This document shows positions 48,965-58,469 of a stretch of 64,000 nt of DNA, in pieces (positions within the stretch are counted from its first letter, which is position 1; each line of letters begins with the position of its first letter). Under the pieces are notes generated by a model that did not search any database, was not told the origin of the DNA, and saw only the letters and a list, made by a program, of their open reading frames with translations. The stretch is taken from IMG/VR virus record IMGVR_UViG_2902146782_000003; one strand, given 5' to 3'. The position numbers and the translations under genes were made by a program. The DNA comes from a virus (lineage: Duplodnaviria > Heunggongvirae > Uroviricota > Caudoviricetes).

Positions 48965-49690
48965 TTGACCGTACTTAGAAGAGGAGAAAATTTAGTAAAA
49001 AAGAATGGATCCACCGAAACAAGATGGTATTGTTCTTGTGATTGTGGGAATAAAAAAGAAATATTAGTTCTTGGATATAATTTAAAAAATGGGAATACAA
49101 CTTCTTGTGGATGTGAGCATTTGAAAAATGCAAAAAGAAGCGGAAAGCTAACAGGAAAAATAAACGGTAAGAAAAATAAAAAATATAATTCTTATAATTT
49201 ATCAGGAGAATACGGAATAGGGTACACATCTAAAAATGAAGAATTTTATTTTGATTTAGAAGATTACGATAAAATAAAAGAATATTGCTGGTACATAGAT
49301 AAAAATGGATATGTTGTTAGTTGTACAGCAGAAGAAGCCATATTAATGCATAGATTGATAATGGAATTAAAAAAAGGTGATCAACAAGAAGTAGACCATA
49401 TATATCATAAAACCAATGACAATAGAAAAACACAATTAAGAATAGTTTGTTCTTCAGAAAATAAAATGAATAAAGGTCTTCAATCAAATAATACCAGTGG
49501 TTATAAAGGCATTTCTTATAACAAACAATATAGAAAATGGGAAGCAGAAATTGGAGTTTATAATCATAAAATCAAATTAGGATATTTTGAAAATAAAGAT
49601 GAGGCTATTAAAGCTCGAAAACAAGCTGAAGAAAAATATTTTGGAGAATATAACTATCAAGGAGGTGATTTATCCTATGAAGAACATTAA
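48965..49690 (+). CDS. HNH-AP2 homing-endonuclease-like protein (true start probably upstream, near the AGGAGG at 48913)
   Basis: HNH region EVDHIYHKTNDNR ... ENKMNKG; AP2-like SGYKGISYNKQYRKWEAEI ... GYFENKDEAIKARKQAEEKYFG; the frame is open back to 48899 with no canonical start. Confidence 0.6.
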   Translation: MTVLRRGENLVKKNGSTETRWYCSCDCGNKKEILVLGYNLKNGNTTSCGCEHLKNAKRSGKLTGKINGKKNKKYNSYNLSGEYGIGYTSKNEEFYFDLEDYDKIKEYCWYIDKNGYVVSCTAEEAILMHRLIMELKKGDQQEVDHIYHKTNDNRKTQLRIVCSSENKMNKGLQSNNTSGYKGISYNKQYRKWEAEIGVYNHKIKLGYFENKDEAIKARKQAEEKYFGEYNYQGGDLSYEEH

Positions 49691-50772
49691 AATTATCATA
49701 GGAGCCTGAGAACTTCGGTGACGAGGGTAAGGGTAAATTAACAGATTATTATACTAAGAATGCAAATAACAGTATTGTTGTGTGTTCAAATGGAGGCGCT
49801 CAAAGAGGGCATACAGTCTTAAAATCAGATGGAACCCGGCATGTCTTTCACCATTTTGGATCTGGAACATTAAACGGAGCAGATACTTATTTACCGGAGG
49901 ATTTTATTTTAAATCCTCTGGTATTTAGAAAAGAGTACGAAGAATTGAAAGATATTGGATATGAGCCGAACGTATTTATCAATAATAAGTGTATCATCAC
50001 ATATCCTCTTGATATGATGGCTAATCAGATCATAGAAGAAAGCCGTGGAGAAAACAAACATGGAAGTTGTGGAATGGGGATATTTAATACAATTCAAAGA
50101 CATAAAAAAGGAAATATGTCATATTATCAGGCATCAAAGTATTATGCTGATTTATTTAAAAGCATAGAGATAACATTAACAGAGCAGCAGAAAGAACTTT
50201 TTTACAATGAAAATATTGAGTCACATTTTTGGGATGATTTCTATTTTATGATGGAACATTCAGAAATTGTTTATGATAATCAGTTACTGAACAATTATAA
50301 CACAATAGTATTCGAGAATGGACAGGGATTACTGTTAGATCAGAACAATATGGAATATTTCCCGCATTTAACACCGTCAAATACTGGTATAAAGAATCCG
50401 GCCAGAATTATAAAAGAAGTTTCATGGAACGACAGCATTGATATAGAAGTCTGCTATGTAACACGATCTTATATGACACGACATGGAGCGGGAGCTTTTC
50501 CAACAGAGTGCGATAAAGACGAAATAAATGCTGATATGTTCGATCAGACCAATGTTCCGAATCCACATCAGGATACTTTAAGATATGGGAAACTTGATGT
50601 AGAAGATTTGATCAAAAGATGCAACGCAGATGTTAATGGTTTAGGATTACCATGTGAAAAAGTTTTAGCTGTTACTCATACAAATGAATATTTTGATGAT
50701 GTATATGACATTGGAACTAAATGTAAAGGGTGGGAATATATGTTTTCTCATAGGGAGGCAAATGATGATTAA
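49677..50772 (+). CDS. short adenylosuccinate-synthetase homologue (PurA/PurZ family), requires a +1 frameshift at 49704-49710
   Basis: MKNIKIIIGA (frame 0) stops at UGA; (E)NFGDEGKGKLTD ... GGAQRGHTV ... GSCGMG ... ENGQG ... TRHGAGAFPTE continues in the +1 frame; about 365 aa, lacking the C-terminal GTP-binding segment of bacterial PurA. Confidence 0.65.
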
Positions 50773-51567
50773 ATTAAATGGTGTAGAAATCAAACTTGAT
50801 AAATATCCGGATGGAACATTCTTATTTAAGGATATTCCTCCTATTGGCGGATGGCACAGAGATAATATTGAATGGTTCTTTGAATCAATGGAAGAGTTAA
50901 CAGCAGTTGAATATATTACTAGATATTGTTGGGATCATAGAGTAGTGCCTAATTTATATATGCCTTATATCCCAGATGCACGTATGGACCGAGTTAAACA
51001 TGAGAACGAATTATTTACTTTAAAATATTTTGCTCAGACTATTAATTCATTACATTTTGGAAGAGTAGAAGTTTTAGATCCGCATTCTGATGTATCTGCC
51101 GCATTATTTAATAAAGTACATGTAGAATCCCCGAATCGAATGATTGAGGATACTGTTAAGAAGATTGCGAGTAATATCTTATGATGTTTTATCCGGATGC
51201 GGGATCCATGAAGCGATATTCTTCGGCAGTACATCTTCCATATGCTTTCGGTATTAAGAACAGAGATTGGGAGACTGGAGAGATTAAAGGTTTAGATTTA
51301 TCCGGTGAAATTAATCAACTCCCAGGTAAAGACATTCTTATTGTAGATGATATCTGTAGCAAGGGCGGTACATTTTATCACAGTGCTAAGAGACTAAAAG
51401 AAGCAGGAGTGAATAAGATTTACCTCTATGTAACTCATTGCGAGAACACGATTTATGATGGTGAGCTTTTGAAAAATAATGGGCTGATTGAAAAGATTTA
51501 TACGACAGATACGATTCTGACAAATCTGGAAAGTCCTAAGATTGAACTGATTGAGAGGTTTAGATGA
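50765..51567 (+). CDS. ribose-phosphate pyrophosphokinase (PRPP synthetase)-like, interrupted by a frameshift at about 51175-51184
   Basis: N-terminal Prs-like domain; junction ASNIL*/MFYPDAGSMKRY aligns with Prs VSPDxGGVxRA; PRTase motif ILIVDDICSKGGT. Confidence 0.65.
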
Positions 51568-51616
51568 ATCAGCACTGTATGACACGCAGCATTCTTGCAG
51601 AAAAGAGGTAAGAGAA

Positions 51617-51985
51617 ATGAGTCAAGTTGTGTTAGCTATAGAAGAACCTAATTCATGTGACGAATGCCCATTTTCAGAATTAGAAACGTATGGATATTAT
51701 TGCCAATCATTAAATAAATACATTAATTCTTTAAAAAGGAAAGAACATTCAACGATTCCTAAATTATGTCCATTAAGAGAATTACCAGATTACTGTACAG
51801 AAACATACAAATTGGAAGATAGACTTCTAAGCTTACAAGACGTGATTGAATCAATGGCTTATGAAATTGCTACATATAGATACCATAATAGATATTCTCA
51901 TACAGAAGATGTAGATGATATTTTAAGAGAATATGAAGTTGATAAAATTATAAAGGGGATGAGGAGTTATGAAACCGATTATTAG
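51617..51985 (+). CDS. hypothetical Cys-containing protein
   Basis: ORF with AAGAGG RBS; CDECP ... YYCQ ... LCPL. Confidence 0.4.
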   Translation: MSQVVLAIEEPNSCDECPFSELETYGYYCQSLNKYINSLKRKEHSTIPKLCPLRELPDYCTETYKLEDRLLSLQDVIESMAYEIATYRYHNRYSHTEDVDDILREYEVDKIIKGMRSYETDY

Positions 51986-52361
51986 CCCGTGGTGGATTTA
52001 TTTAATTGATTTATTTGATAATTTAAAGGGGTTACTTGGTGTTGCATTATTTTTACTTGGAGGTGCAGCGGTGGCATTATTAATTATTTGGTTTTTTAGT
52101 TCTCTGGATTATGAACAGGATGAAGGACCTATTGTTGCATGTAAAAAGTATTTAAAGAAATCAGTTATCTGGCTTTGCGTTAGTGGTTTACTTTTTACAG
52201 TAATTCCATCGAAAGACACAATGTACACAATGATTGTATTAGATAATGTAACGACAGATAACATTCAAGCAATTGGGAAAACCGGCAAGGATATTATTGA
52301 TTACATTACTGACCAGATTGACAAAATTGTAAATGACAAAGAGGAGAATAAAAAATCATGA
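51969..52361 (+). CDS. hypothetical membrane protein
   Basis: two predicted TM helices. Confidence 0.4.
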   Translation: MKPIISPWWIYLIDLFDNLKGLLGVALFLLGGAAVALLIIWFFSSLDYEQDEGPIVACKKYLKKSVIWLCVSGLLFTVIPSKDTMYTMIVLDNVTTDNIQAIGKTGKDIIDYITDQIDKIVNDKEENKKS

Positions 52362-52648
52362 TTATTACAGGAATGGAACATTTTCAAGATGTATGCAAAA
52401 AGAAATTAGTTGAATGGTATAACAAGAGCTGTATGATTCACGAAGGTCCAAATGCAATTAAGCCAATTGATTTATCAAATGTATTTATTGTTTGGTCGTG
52501 CAAGACTTTACAGAACTACAAATGTCTTGCTTCTACTACGGTTTCTGGTGACGGTATTTATGCCGAGTATACTTACAATGGAAATAAACAGGAACTTTAT
52601 GAGGACGTTTATAAAAAAGCAACAAATACTTGTTATACAGAAGAATAG
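52358..52648 (+). CDS. hypothetical protein
   Basis: ORF only. Confidence 0.4.
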   Translation: MIITGMEHFQDVCKKKLVEWYNKSCMIHEGPNAIKPIDLSNVFIVWSCKTLQNYKCLASTTVSGDGIYAEYTYNGNKQELYEDVYKKATNTCYTEE

Positions 52649-52666
52649 CCTTGAGAGGAGAAAATT

Positions 52667-54128
52667 ATGAATACTTTAGCAATTCTGTTAAGTGACACAT
52701 ATAAACAGATCCATAATAAAATCTATCCGAAAGGACTGACGAAATTAGTATCTTACTGGACCCCACGAAGATCAATGCTTAAGAATCAGAACAAAATGGT
52801 ATTCTTTGGTTTACAGGCATTTATTGAAGAATATCTGATTGATTATTTAATAAAAACTTTTTTGAATTAACAGCAGTAGAAGTTGAGCATACATATAAAT
52901 ACAGTATGGATATACAGTTAGGAAACAGTTATGACCTAGATCCTATTATGAAACTTCATAAATTAGATTATCTTCCAATTCAGATACGTGCTATCCCGGA
53001 GGAACATTAGTACCAATGGGCATCCCATGTATCGAAATTACAAACACACATCCAGATTTTGCTTGGGTAGTACAGTGGATCGAATGTATCCTGCAGGTTG
53101 AACTCTGGAAACCATGTGCTCATGCAACAATTGGTCATATGTATAGAGAACTTGCAAACAACTACTATAAAATGACCTGTGATGACCTTTTAAGACCTGA
53201 AATGGCATGCTCAGACTTTGGTATGAGAGGAATGTCTTGTATGGAAGAGGCAGTAAGATGTTCATCTGCTTGGTTATTATCATTTGATAAGACAAGTACA
53301 ATTCCGGCCATTGATTATATAGATACGTATTATGATGCTTGCTGTTGGACTAAAAGAATCGGAATTGGTGCTGTATCAACAGAACATTCAGTTATGGCTT
53401 CAAATTATGCAGTAGACGGTGACGAAATCACATTTGTAAAAAGACTACTTACGGAACTATATCCTAATGCATCTTTTAGCATGGTATCTGACACTTATGA
53501 TTACTGGAATATGATTGATAATATTCTTCCGGCTTGTAAAAAAGAAATCATGCAGCATAATGGTAAACTTCTGGTTCGCCCAGATTCCGGAGATATGGTA
53601 GAAATTGCTGTAGAGACAATTGAAAAGCTTTGGAATACATTTGGCGGAACAGTAAATAGCAAAGAATATAAAGTACTTGACCCGCACATTGGAATTATTT
53701 ATGGGGATGGATGTACTCTTAACAATGTAGAGCAGGTATGGGAAGAACTGAAGAAAAAAGGATTTGCTGCAAACAATATCGTATTCGGAGTCGGAGCATT
53801 CTGCTTCTCAGCAATTGTAGAGCCTGATGGACATATGGTTGTTGTGACTAGGGATATGTTTGGTATCGCTATGAAAGCTACATATGGAATTGTTGATGGC
53901 AAACCGATCATGATTTACAAAGATCCAAAAACTGATACGAGTCATCTGAAAAAATCTCATAAAGGATGCTGCTGTATATATTACGATGACAATGGAGAAT
54001 TACAGTGCATGGATGGATTTGATGATGTATTTGATGATCATGTGTTGAGAACTGTATTTAAAGATGGCGAAATTTATAATAAAGAAACATTTGAAGACAT
54101 TAGAGAAAGATTAAACGGAGGAAATTAA
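52667..54128 (+). CDS. nicotinamide phosphoribosyltransferase (NAMPT/NadV)-like, interrupted by two -1 frameshifts (about 52849-52863 and about 52995-53003)
   Basis: N-terminus ILLSDTYKQIHNKIYPKGLTKLVSYW matches NAMPT (LLATDSYKVTHYKQYP); middle GNSYDLDPIMKLHKLDYLPIQIRAIPEG and C-terminal part with VRPDSGD ... IYGDG lie in shifted frames. Confidence 0.75.
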
Positions 54129-54129
54129 A

Positions 54130-54603
54130 ATGAGTGAGATTATGGATTATTTATTAGAAGATGATGTGATTGTAGTAATGGATGTGGATGGAGTACTTGC
54201 TCCATATGAGTTTTCTGAGTTAAGTCATAGTATGACTGATGATGAATGGGATAGACTTGTAGCTTCCGGTGAGAATCCGTATAAAGATGTGCGTCCGATT
54301 AAATTAATGCAGGAGTTTATTCAGAAGAAAGGTATTAATAAAGTATATACCTGTTCAAAGAGTCCTTTCAGTGAGATCCCCGGCAAAAGAGCTTTTATCA
54401 AAGATAATTACGGCCTTCCGGATGATAATATCTATTTTACTTTAGAAAAGACAGAAAAACTTACTGTGCTTCAGACGCTGCAACAAAAGCTTGGGCTTAA
54501 GCCATCTCAGATTGCAATTGTAGAGGATACAGTGAAAACCTTGGATTATATTCGTGCACATAGCGATTTTGTAACTGTACACGTTTCATCATTTATGGAG
54601 TAA
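54130..54603 (+). CDS. HAD-superfamily phosphatase-like protein
   Basis: N-terminal MDVDGVL (DxDxV) motif. Confidence 0.5.
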   Translation: MSEIMDYLLEDDVIVVMDVDGVLAPYEFSELSHSMTDDEWDRLVASGENPYKDVRPIKLMQEFIQKKGINKVYTCSKSPFSEIPGKRAFIKDNYGLPDDNIYFTLEKTEKLTVLQTLQQKLGLKPSQIAIVEDTVKTLDYIRAHSDFVTVHVSSFME

Positions 54604-54607
54604 GAAA

Positions 54608-55156
54608 ATGAATTTAGAAAATATTAGCAAATATTTAAGTCTTATATTAAGACACAAGCCAGATGTGATCGGAATTAATCTTGATGAACACGGCTGGGCT
54701 AATGTAGACGAATTAATCAAAGGAATTGCAAGAAATAATGTAGGATTTGATATGCAAACATTAGAAAAAATTGTTGATACAGATGATAAACAGCGTTATT
54801 CATTTAATTCTGATAAAAGTTTGATTCGCGCCAATCAAGGTCATTCCATTCCGGTGGATGTAGAATTAGAAGAAAAAGAACCGCCTAATAAATTATATCA
54901 TGGCACTGGCGAGAAGTATGTAGAATCTATTGATCAACAAGGATTAATTCCTAAGAGTAGGCTATATGTGCATTTATCTAAAGATACGGATACCGCAATT
55001 AAAGTTGGCAAAAGACATGGAAATTGCGTTATTTATGTAGTAAAAGCTGCTGAAATGTATAGAAGTGGATATAAATTTTATTTGTCACAGAATGGAGTTT
55101 GGCTAACAGATAAAGTACCAGTGAAATATTTAGAGCAATTACCAAAGGAGGTTTGA
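54608..55156 (+). CDS. kptA: RNA 2'-phosphotransferase (Tpt1/KptA family)
   Basis: ISKYLSLILRHKPDVIGINLDEHGWANVDELI N-terminal signature and conserved core. Confidence 0.7.
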   Translation: MNLENISKYLSLILRHKPDVIGINLDEHGWANVDELIKGIARNNVGFDMQTLEKIVDTDDKQRYSFNSDKSLIRANQGHSIPVDVELEEKEPPNKLYHGTGEKYVESIDQQGLIPKSRLYVHLSKDTDTAIKVGKRHGNCVIYVVKAAEMYRSGYKFYLSQNGVWLTDKVPVKYLEQLPKEV

Positions 55157-55158
55157 AA

Positions 55159-56058
55159 ATGCACGATGTAACACAAACGTTAGATGCTATTAAAAGAGAA
55201 TTTGACTCTCAGAATGCTCGTATTATTTATCTGCAGAATCAAAATAAGAAACTTAAGGAAGAACATTATAAAGATACAGAGCTTCAGAAGATGAAAGAAG
55301 AACTTGAAAGAGTAAGAGCTGATATGTACAGAGGTTTCCCCATCTCTGCAGAACAGGAGCAGCGAATTAAAGAGTGGCAGGATAAGCATGATGCTGAGGT
55401 GCATGGACTAAAACACTTAAAGAAAGAGTTCATGCTGGTGGATGTATCGGCGGAAGATACAGCTACGAATTCGTTAGTACGAGTATTGGTGTTATTGGTA
55501 CAGCGAAATGTAATTGTGGAGCAAAGTTTACTTTTCAAGATTTGTAGGAGTGAAATAATGATTAAAATTATTGAAGGCAATATTGTTAATGCAAAGACAG
55601 ATTTTATAATTCATCAAGTTAACTGCCAGGGCGTCATGGGATCTGGAGTAGCTAAAGCTTTGAGAGATTATGATGAAGGTATTTATACACATTATAGAAA
55701 ATTTTGTGAATTTTGTAAGTTCGAGCCGGAGGAATTACTCGGAACATGTGATGCATATTTATTGAAAGATAGAGGTCAAATTGTATTATCTTTATTCGCA
55801 CAAAATAAATATGGATATGATGGTAAACAGTATACAGATATTGAAGCTTTTAGAGATGGTTTAAGATATATTTCGCAACATTTTGGAGTATGGCGTGAAA
55901 AAAATGGACTAGAAGGAAAAGATCTTTGTAGAACCTCAGTAGCACTTCCGTATAAGATTGGTTGTGTAAGAGGGGGAGCAGACTGGGAAGTGGTTTATAA
56001 AATCATTGAAGAGGAACTTAAAGATTATGATGTGGAATTATGGAGGCTGGATGAATGA
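55159..56058 (+). CDS. macro-domain (ADP-ribose-binding/processing) protein with N-terminal coiled-coil extension
   Basis: C-terminal IIEGNIVNAKTDFIIHQVNCQGVMGSGVAKAL macro-domain signature. Confidence 0.7.
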   Translation: MHDVTQTLDAIKREFDSQNARIIYLQNQNKKLKEEHYKDTELQKMKEELERVRADMYRGFPISAEQEQRIKEWQDKHDAEVHGLKHLKKEFMLVDVSAEDTATNSLVRVLVLLVQRNVIVEQSLLFKICRSEIMIKIIEGNIVNAKTDFIIHQVNCQGVMGSGVAKALRDYDEGIYTHYRKFCEFCKFEPEELLGTCDAYLLKDRGQIVLSLFAQNKYGYDGKQYTDIEAFRDGLRYISQHFGVWREKNGLEGKDLCRTSVALPYKIGCVRGGADWEVVYKIIEEELKDYDVELWRLDE

Positions 56059-56339
56059 ACAGAAACAATAATACATTAGAAGGAATAGGTGCGTTTACAG
56101 TAATCATCCTTGCGATTTTCACTCTTGTTATTAGTCCGGCATTATCATTTATGTTTGCTTACATAGGTGGATGTATACTGAAATTTTTTGTAGGAGACGC
56201 ATTGGTTAATGGACTAAATATCATATTTAATACAACTAGATTTACGAAACCAATGATCCCTGTTATTTGTGCAACAATTGCAACAATTGGTAAATATTTT
56301 AAAACAACAGTCGATATGTCAAGACATAAAGGACAGTAG
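56055..56339 (+). CDS. small membrane protein
   Basis: two hydrophobic helices. Confidence 0.4.
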   Translation: MNRNNNTLEGIGAFTVIILAIFTLVISPALSFMFAYIGGCILKFFVGDALVNGLNIIFNTTRFTKPMIPVICATIATIGKYFKTTVDMSRHKGQ

Positions 56340-56348
56340 GAGTTTTAT

Positions 56349-56921
56349 ATGAGAGAATATCATATTTATATGCAGCGTACAAAGTGTGTAGAAGGTCATT
56401 TTAAATGGATCATATATAAATGGCTCCCATGGGAATATGTAGGATATGTAGAAGGGACTAAAGAGCTGTATACATACTTTAAGTCAAAGTTCCCATACAG
56501 TATGAGAAGTATTAATTTTTATCATTCATTTAATTATTTTGATGATGAATATTTAAAAATAGATAATAATTGGGATTTTATGATTCGCACTCACGAATAT
56601 CACAGATATTTGATTATAGATAATTATGGTAATGTACGAGACTTTTATCAGCTTACTAAGAAATATAAGAAGAAATATTATCGTACGTATCATAAACATC
56701 ATGGTTGGAATATTCATTGGGCTTCAACAGTGCCGGATCAGCGTAAAAGTATTACACCAGAAGAGATTGTAGAAGTAAGAAATGAATATGGTATTACTCT
56801 CAAACCTATAAAACCAAAAAGAAAAACAGATTCATGGGATCATGTGAGAGGATTAAAAGTGTCTGGTTGGAAGATGCAGAGTAAGAGAAGAAAACAATGG
56901 AAACCAATGGAGGGCATTTAA
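56349..56921 (+). CDS. hypothetical protein
   Basis: ORF only. Confidence 0.45.
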   Translation: MREYHIYMQRTKCVEGHFKWIIYKWLPWEYVGYVEGTKELYTYFKSKFPYSMRSINFYHSFNYFDDEYLKIDNNWDFMIRTHEYHRYLIIDNYGNVRDFYQLTKKYKKKYYRTYHKHHGWNIHWASTVPDQRKSITPEEIVEVRNEYGITLKPIKPKRKTDSWDHVRGLKVSGWKMQSKRRKQWKPMEGI

Positions 56922-56922
56922 A

Positions 56923-57350
56923 ATGATTAATAGTTTTACTGGAGATTATTACTTTTTAAGTAACTTTTATATGGCACCGGTAAGTTACAACGGATGGGAC
57001 TATACAAATAATGAAGCAGCTTTTCAAGCGCAGAAACAAAGAATCGTAGACTAAGATTCCAGTTATTTTCTAAAGCTAGCCCATCAGAGGCAAAGGCAGC
57101 AGGTAGAAAGATTGATTTGAGATCAGATTGGGAAGAAGTGAAAGATAAAGTAATGTATGAAATCGTACTGGCTAAATTCACTCAGAATCCAGATCTTAAA
57201 GAAAAGTTACTTGCCACAGGGGATGAACATTTGGAAGAAGGAAATACATGGGGAGATACAACTTGGGGAACTGTTAATGGTATTGGAGAAAACAGGCTTG
57301 GTAGAATTCTTATGAAAGTAAGAAAGGAACTGCAGGAGGAATCAAAGTGA
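56923..57350 (+). CDS. NADAR (YbiA-like, DUF1768) domain protein, interrupted by a frameshift at about 57034-57038
   Basis: N-terminus FLSNFY ... AFQAQK, then in the -1 frame TKNRRL ... SPSEAKAAGRK ... DWEEVKDKVM ... DLKEKLLATGDEHLEEGN ... GENRLGRILMKVRKEL. Confidence 0.65.
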
Positions 57351-57706
57351 AAAAAGCAGCTACTATATTAATTCTTCTGCTTATCAGTGTATTTATGTTG
57401 ACTGGATGCGCTAAATGTATTGATAAGAAAGAAGAAAGTGTAAAAGTCAAAATTGTTAATGAATACTATAAGCCGAAAGAAACCCGTTTTACAGGCATGG
57501 TTAATCATGTTCCGCAATTTCGAACTGATTATGCCGAGTATGAAATTACGGTAGACTATAACGGAGTGGAATATTCACTTAGTGATGAAAGTACATATCG
57601 TAAATATCATGGAAGAATAGGACAAACAGTGTCTGCCGTATTGATTACAAAGACATATGATAATGGCAATGTTAAACAATATATTAATTGTTTAGGAGGA
57701 TTATAA
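57347..57706 (+). CDS. lipoprotein
   Basis: signal peptide with lipobox LTGC. Confidence 0.5.
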   Translation: MKKAATILILLLISVFMLTGCAKCIDKKEESVKVKIVNEYYKPKETRFTGMVNHVPQFRTDYAEYEITVDYNGVEYSLSDESTYRKYHGRIGQTVSAVLITKTYDNGNVKQYINCLGGL

Positions 57707-57707
57707 G

Positions 57708-58469
57708 ATGAAATATTACAATGGATATTTTAAAGAACTCAAGAATGAAATTGTACAGTGGATCAGAGACTGGTTCGATCAGAATGGTCCCGGCTGCAAT
57801 GCAATTGTAGGAATCTCTGGTGGAAAAGATTCTTCTGTAGTAGCAGCGCTTTGTGTAGAAGCTCTTGGAAAAGATCGTGTAATTGGTGTACTGATGCCAC
57901 AGGGTCAGCAGAAAGATATTTATGCTGCGTACAAGCTTTGTGAATTTCTTGATATTAAATCATACGAAATCAATATTGGCGACACAGTTCGAAGTGTATT
58001 GTCAAGACTCGAAAACTCAGGAATCGAGATCAGCGAACAGACAAAAATAAATCTTCCAGCACGTATTAGAATGTCTACATTATATGCTGTCTCTCAGTCT
58101 TGTAATGGAAGAGTAGCAAATACATGTAATCTTTCAGAATCATATGTCGGTTATGAAACCAGGTATGGTGATTCGGCAGGTGATTTTAGTCCGTTAGGAA
58201 AATTAACTGTATATGAAGTTAAAAAACTTGGATATGAATTATGGCTTCCTACAGAACTTATTGAAAAGATTCCGATTGATGGATTATGTGGAAATACAGA
58301 TGAGGACAATTTAGGATTTCCATATACAGTTCTGGACAGATATCTTCGTACAGGAGAGATTGACGATCTGAATGTAAAAGCTAAGATTGATTTAATGCAT
58401 AAACGATGTCTCTTCAAATCAGAGAAGATTCCGGTATTTAATCCTGAATTAAAAGTGGAGGCAGCATAA
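57708..58469 (+). CDS. nadE: NH3-dependent NAD+ synthetase
   Basis: PP-loop GISGGKDSS; about 250 aa. Confidence 0.8.
   Translation: MKYYNGYFKELKNEIVQWIRDWFDQNGPGCNAIVGISGGKDSSVVAALCVEALGKDRVIGVLMPQGQQKDIYAAYKLCEFLDIKSYEINIGDTVRSVLSRLENSGIEISEQTKINLPARIRMSTLYAVSQSCNGRVANTCNLSESYVGYETRYGDSAGDFSPLGKLTVYEVKKLGYELWLPTELIEKIPIDGLCGNTDEDNLGFPYTVLDRYLRTGEIDDLNVKAKIDLMHKRCLFKSEKIPVFNPELKVEAA

Noticed and set aside
49704-49710. Stop-codon reassignment (UGA read as an amino acid) as the explanation for the in-frame stops in PurA-like, RecD-like and other genes
   Set aside because: Reading through each stop in the original frame gives non-homologous sequence. Homology continues only in a shifted frame, so these are frameshifts, not recoded stops.
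50684-50764. Upstream extension of the Prs-like ORF (track start 50684) and of several other track ORFs (4383, 5450, 13423, 19321, 38797, 46713, 47387, 55153, 58704, 59360)
   Set aside because: Internal ATG codons with properly spaced GGAGG/AAGGAG RBSs give starts that do not overlap the preceding genes. The longer versions begin with TTG/GTG lacking an RBS, or run through terminator hairpins.
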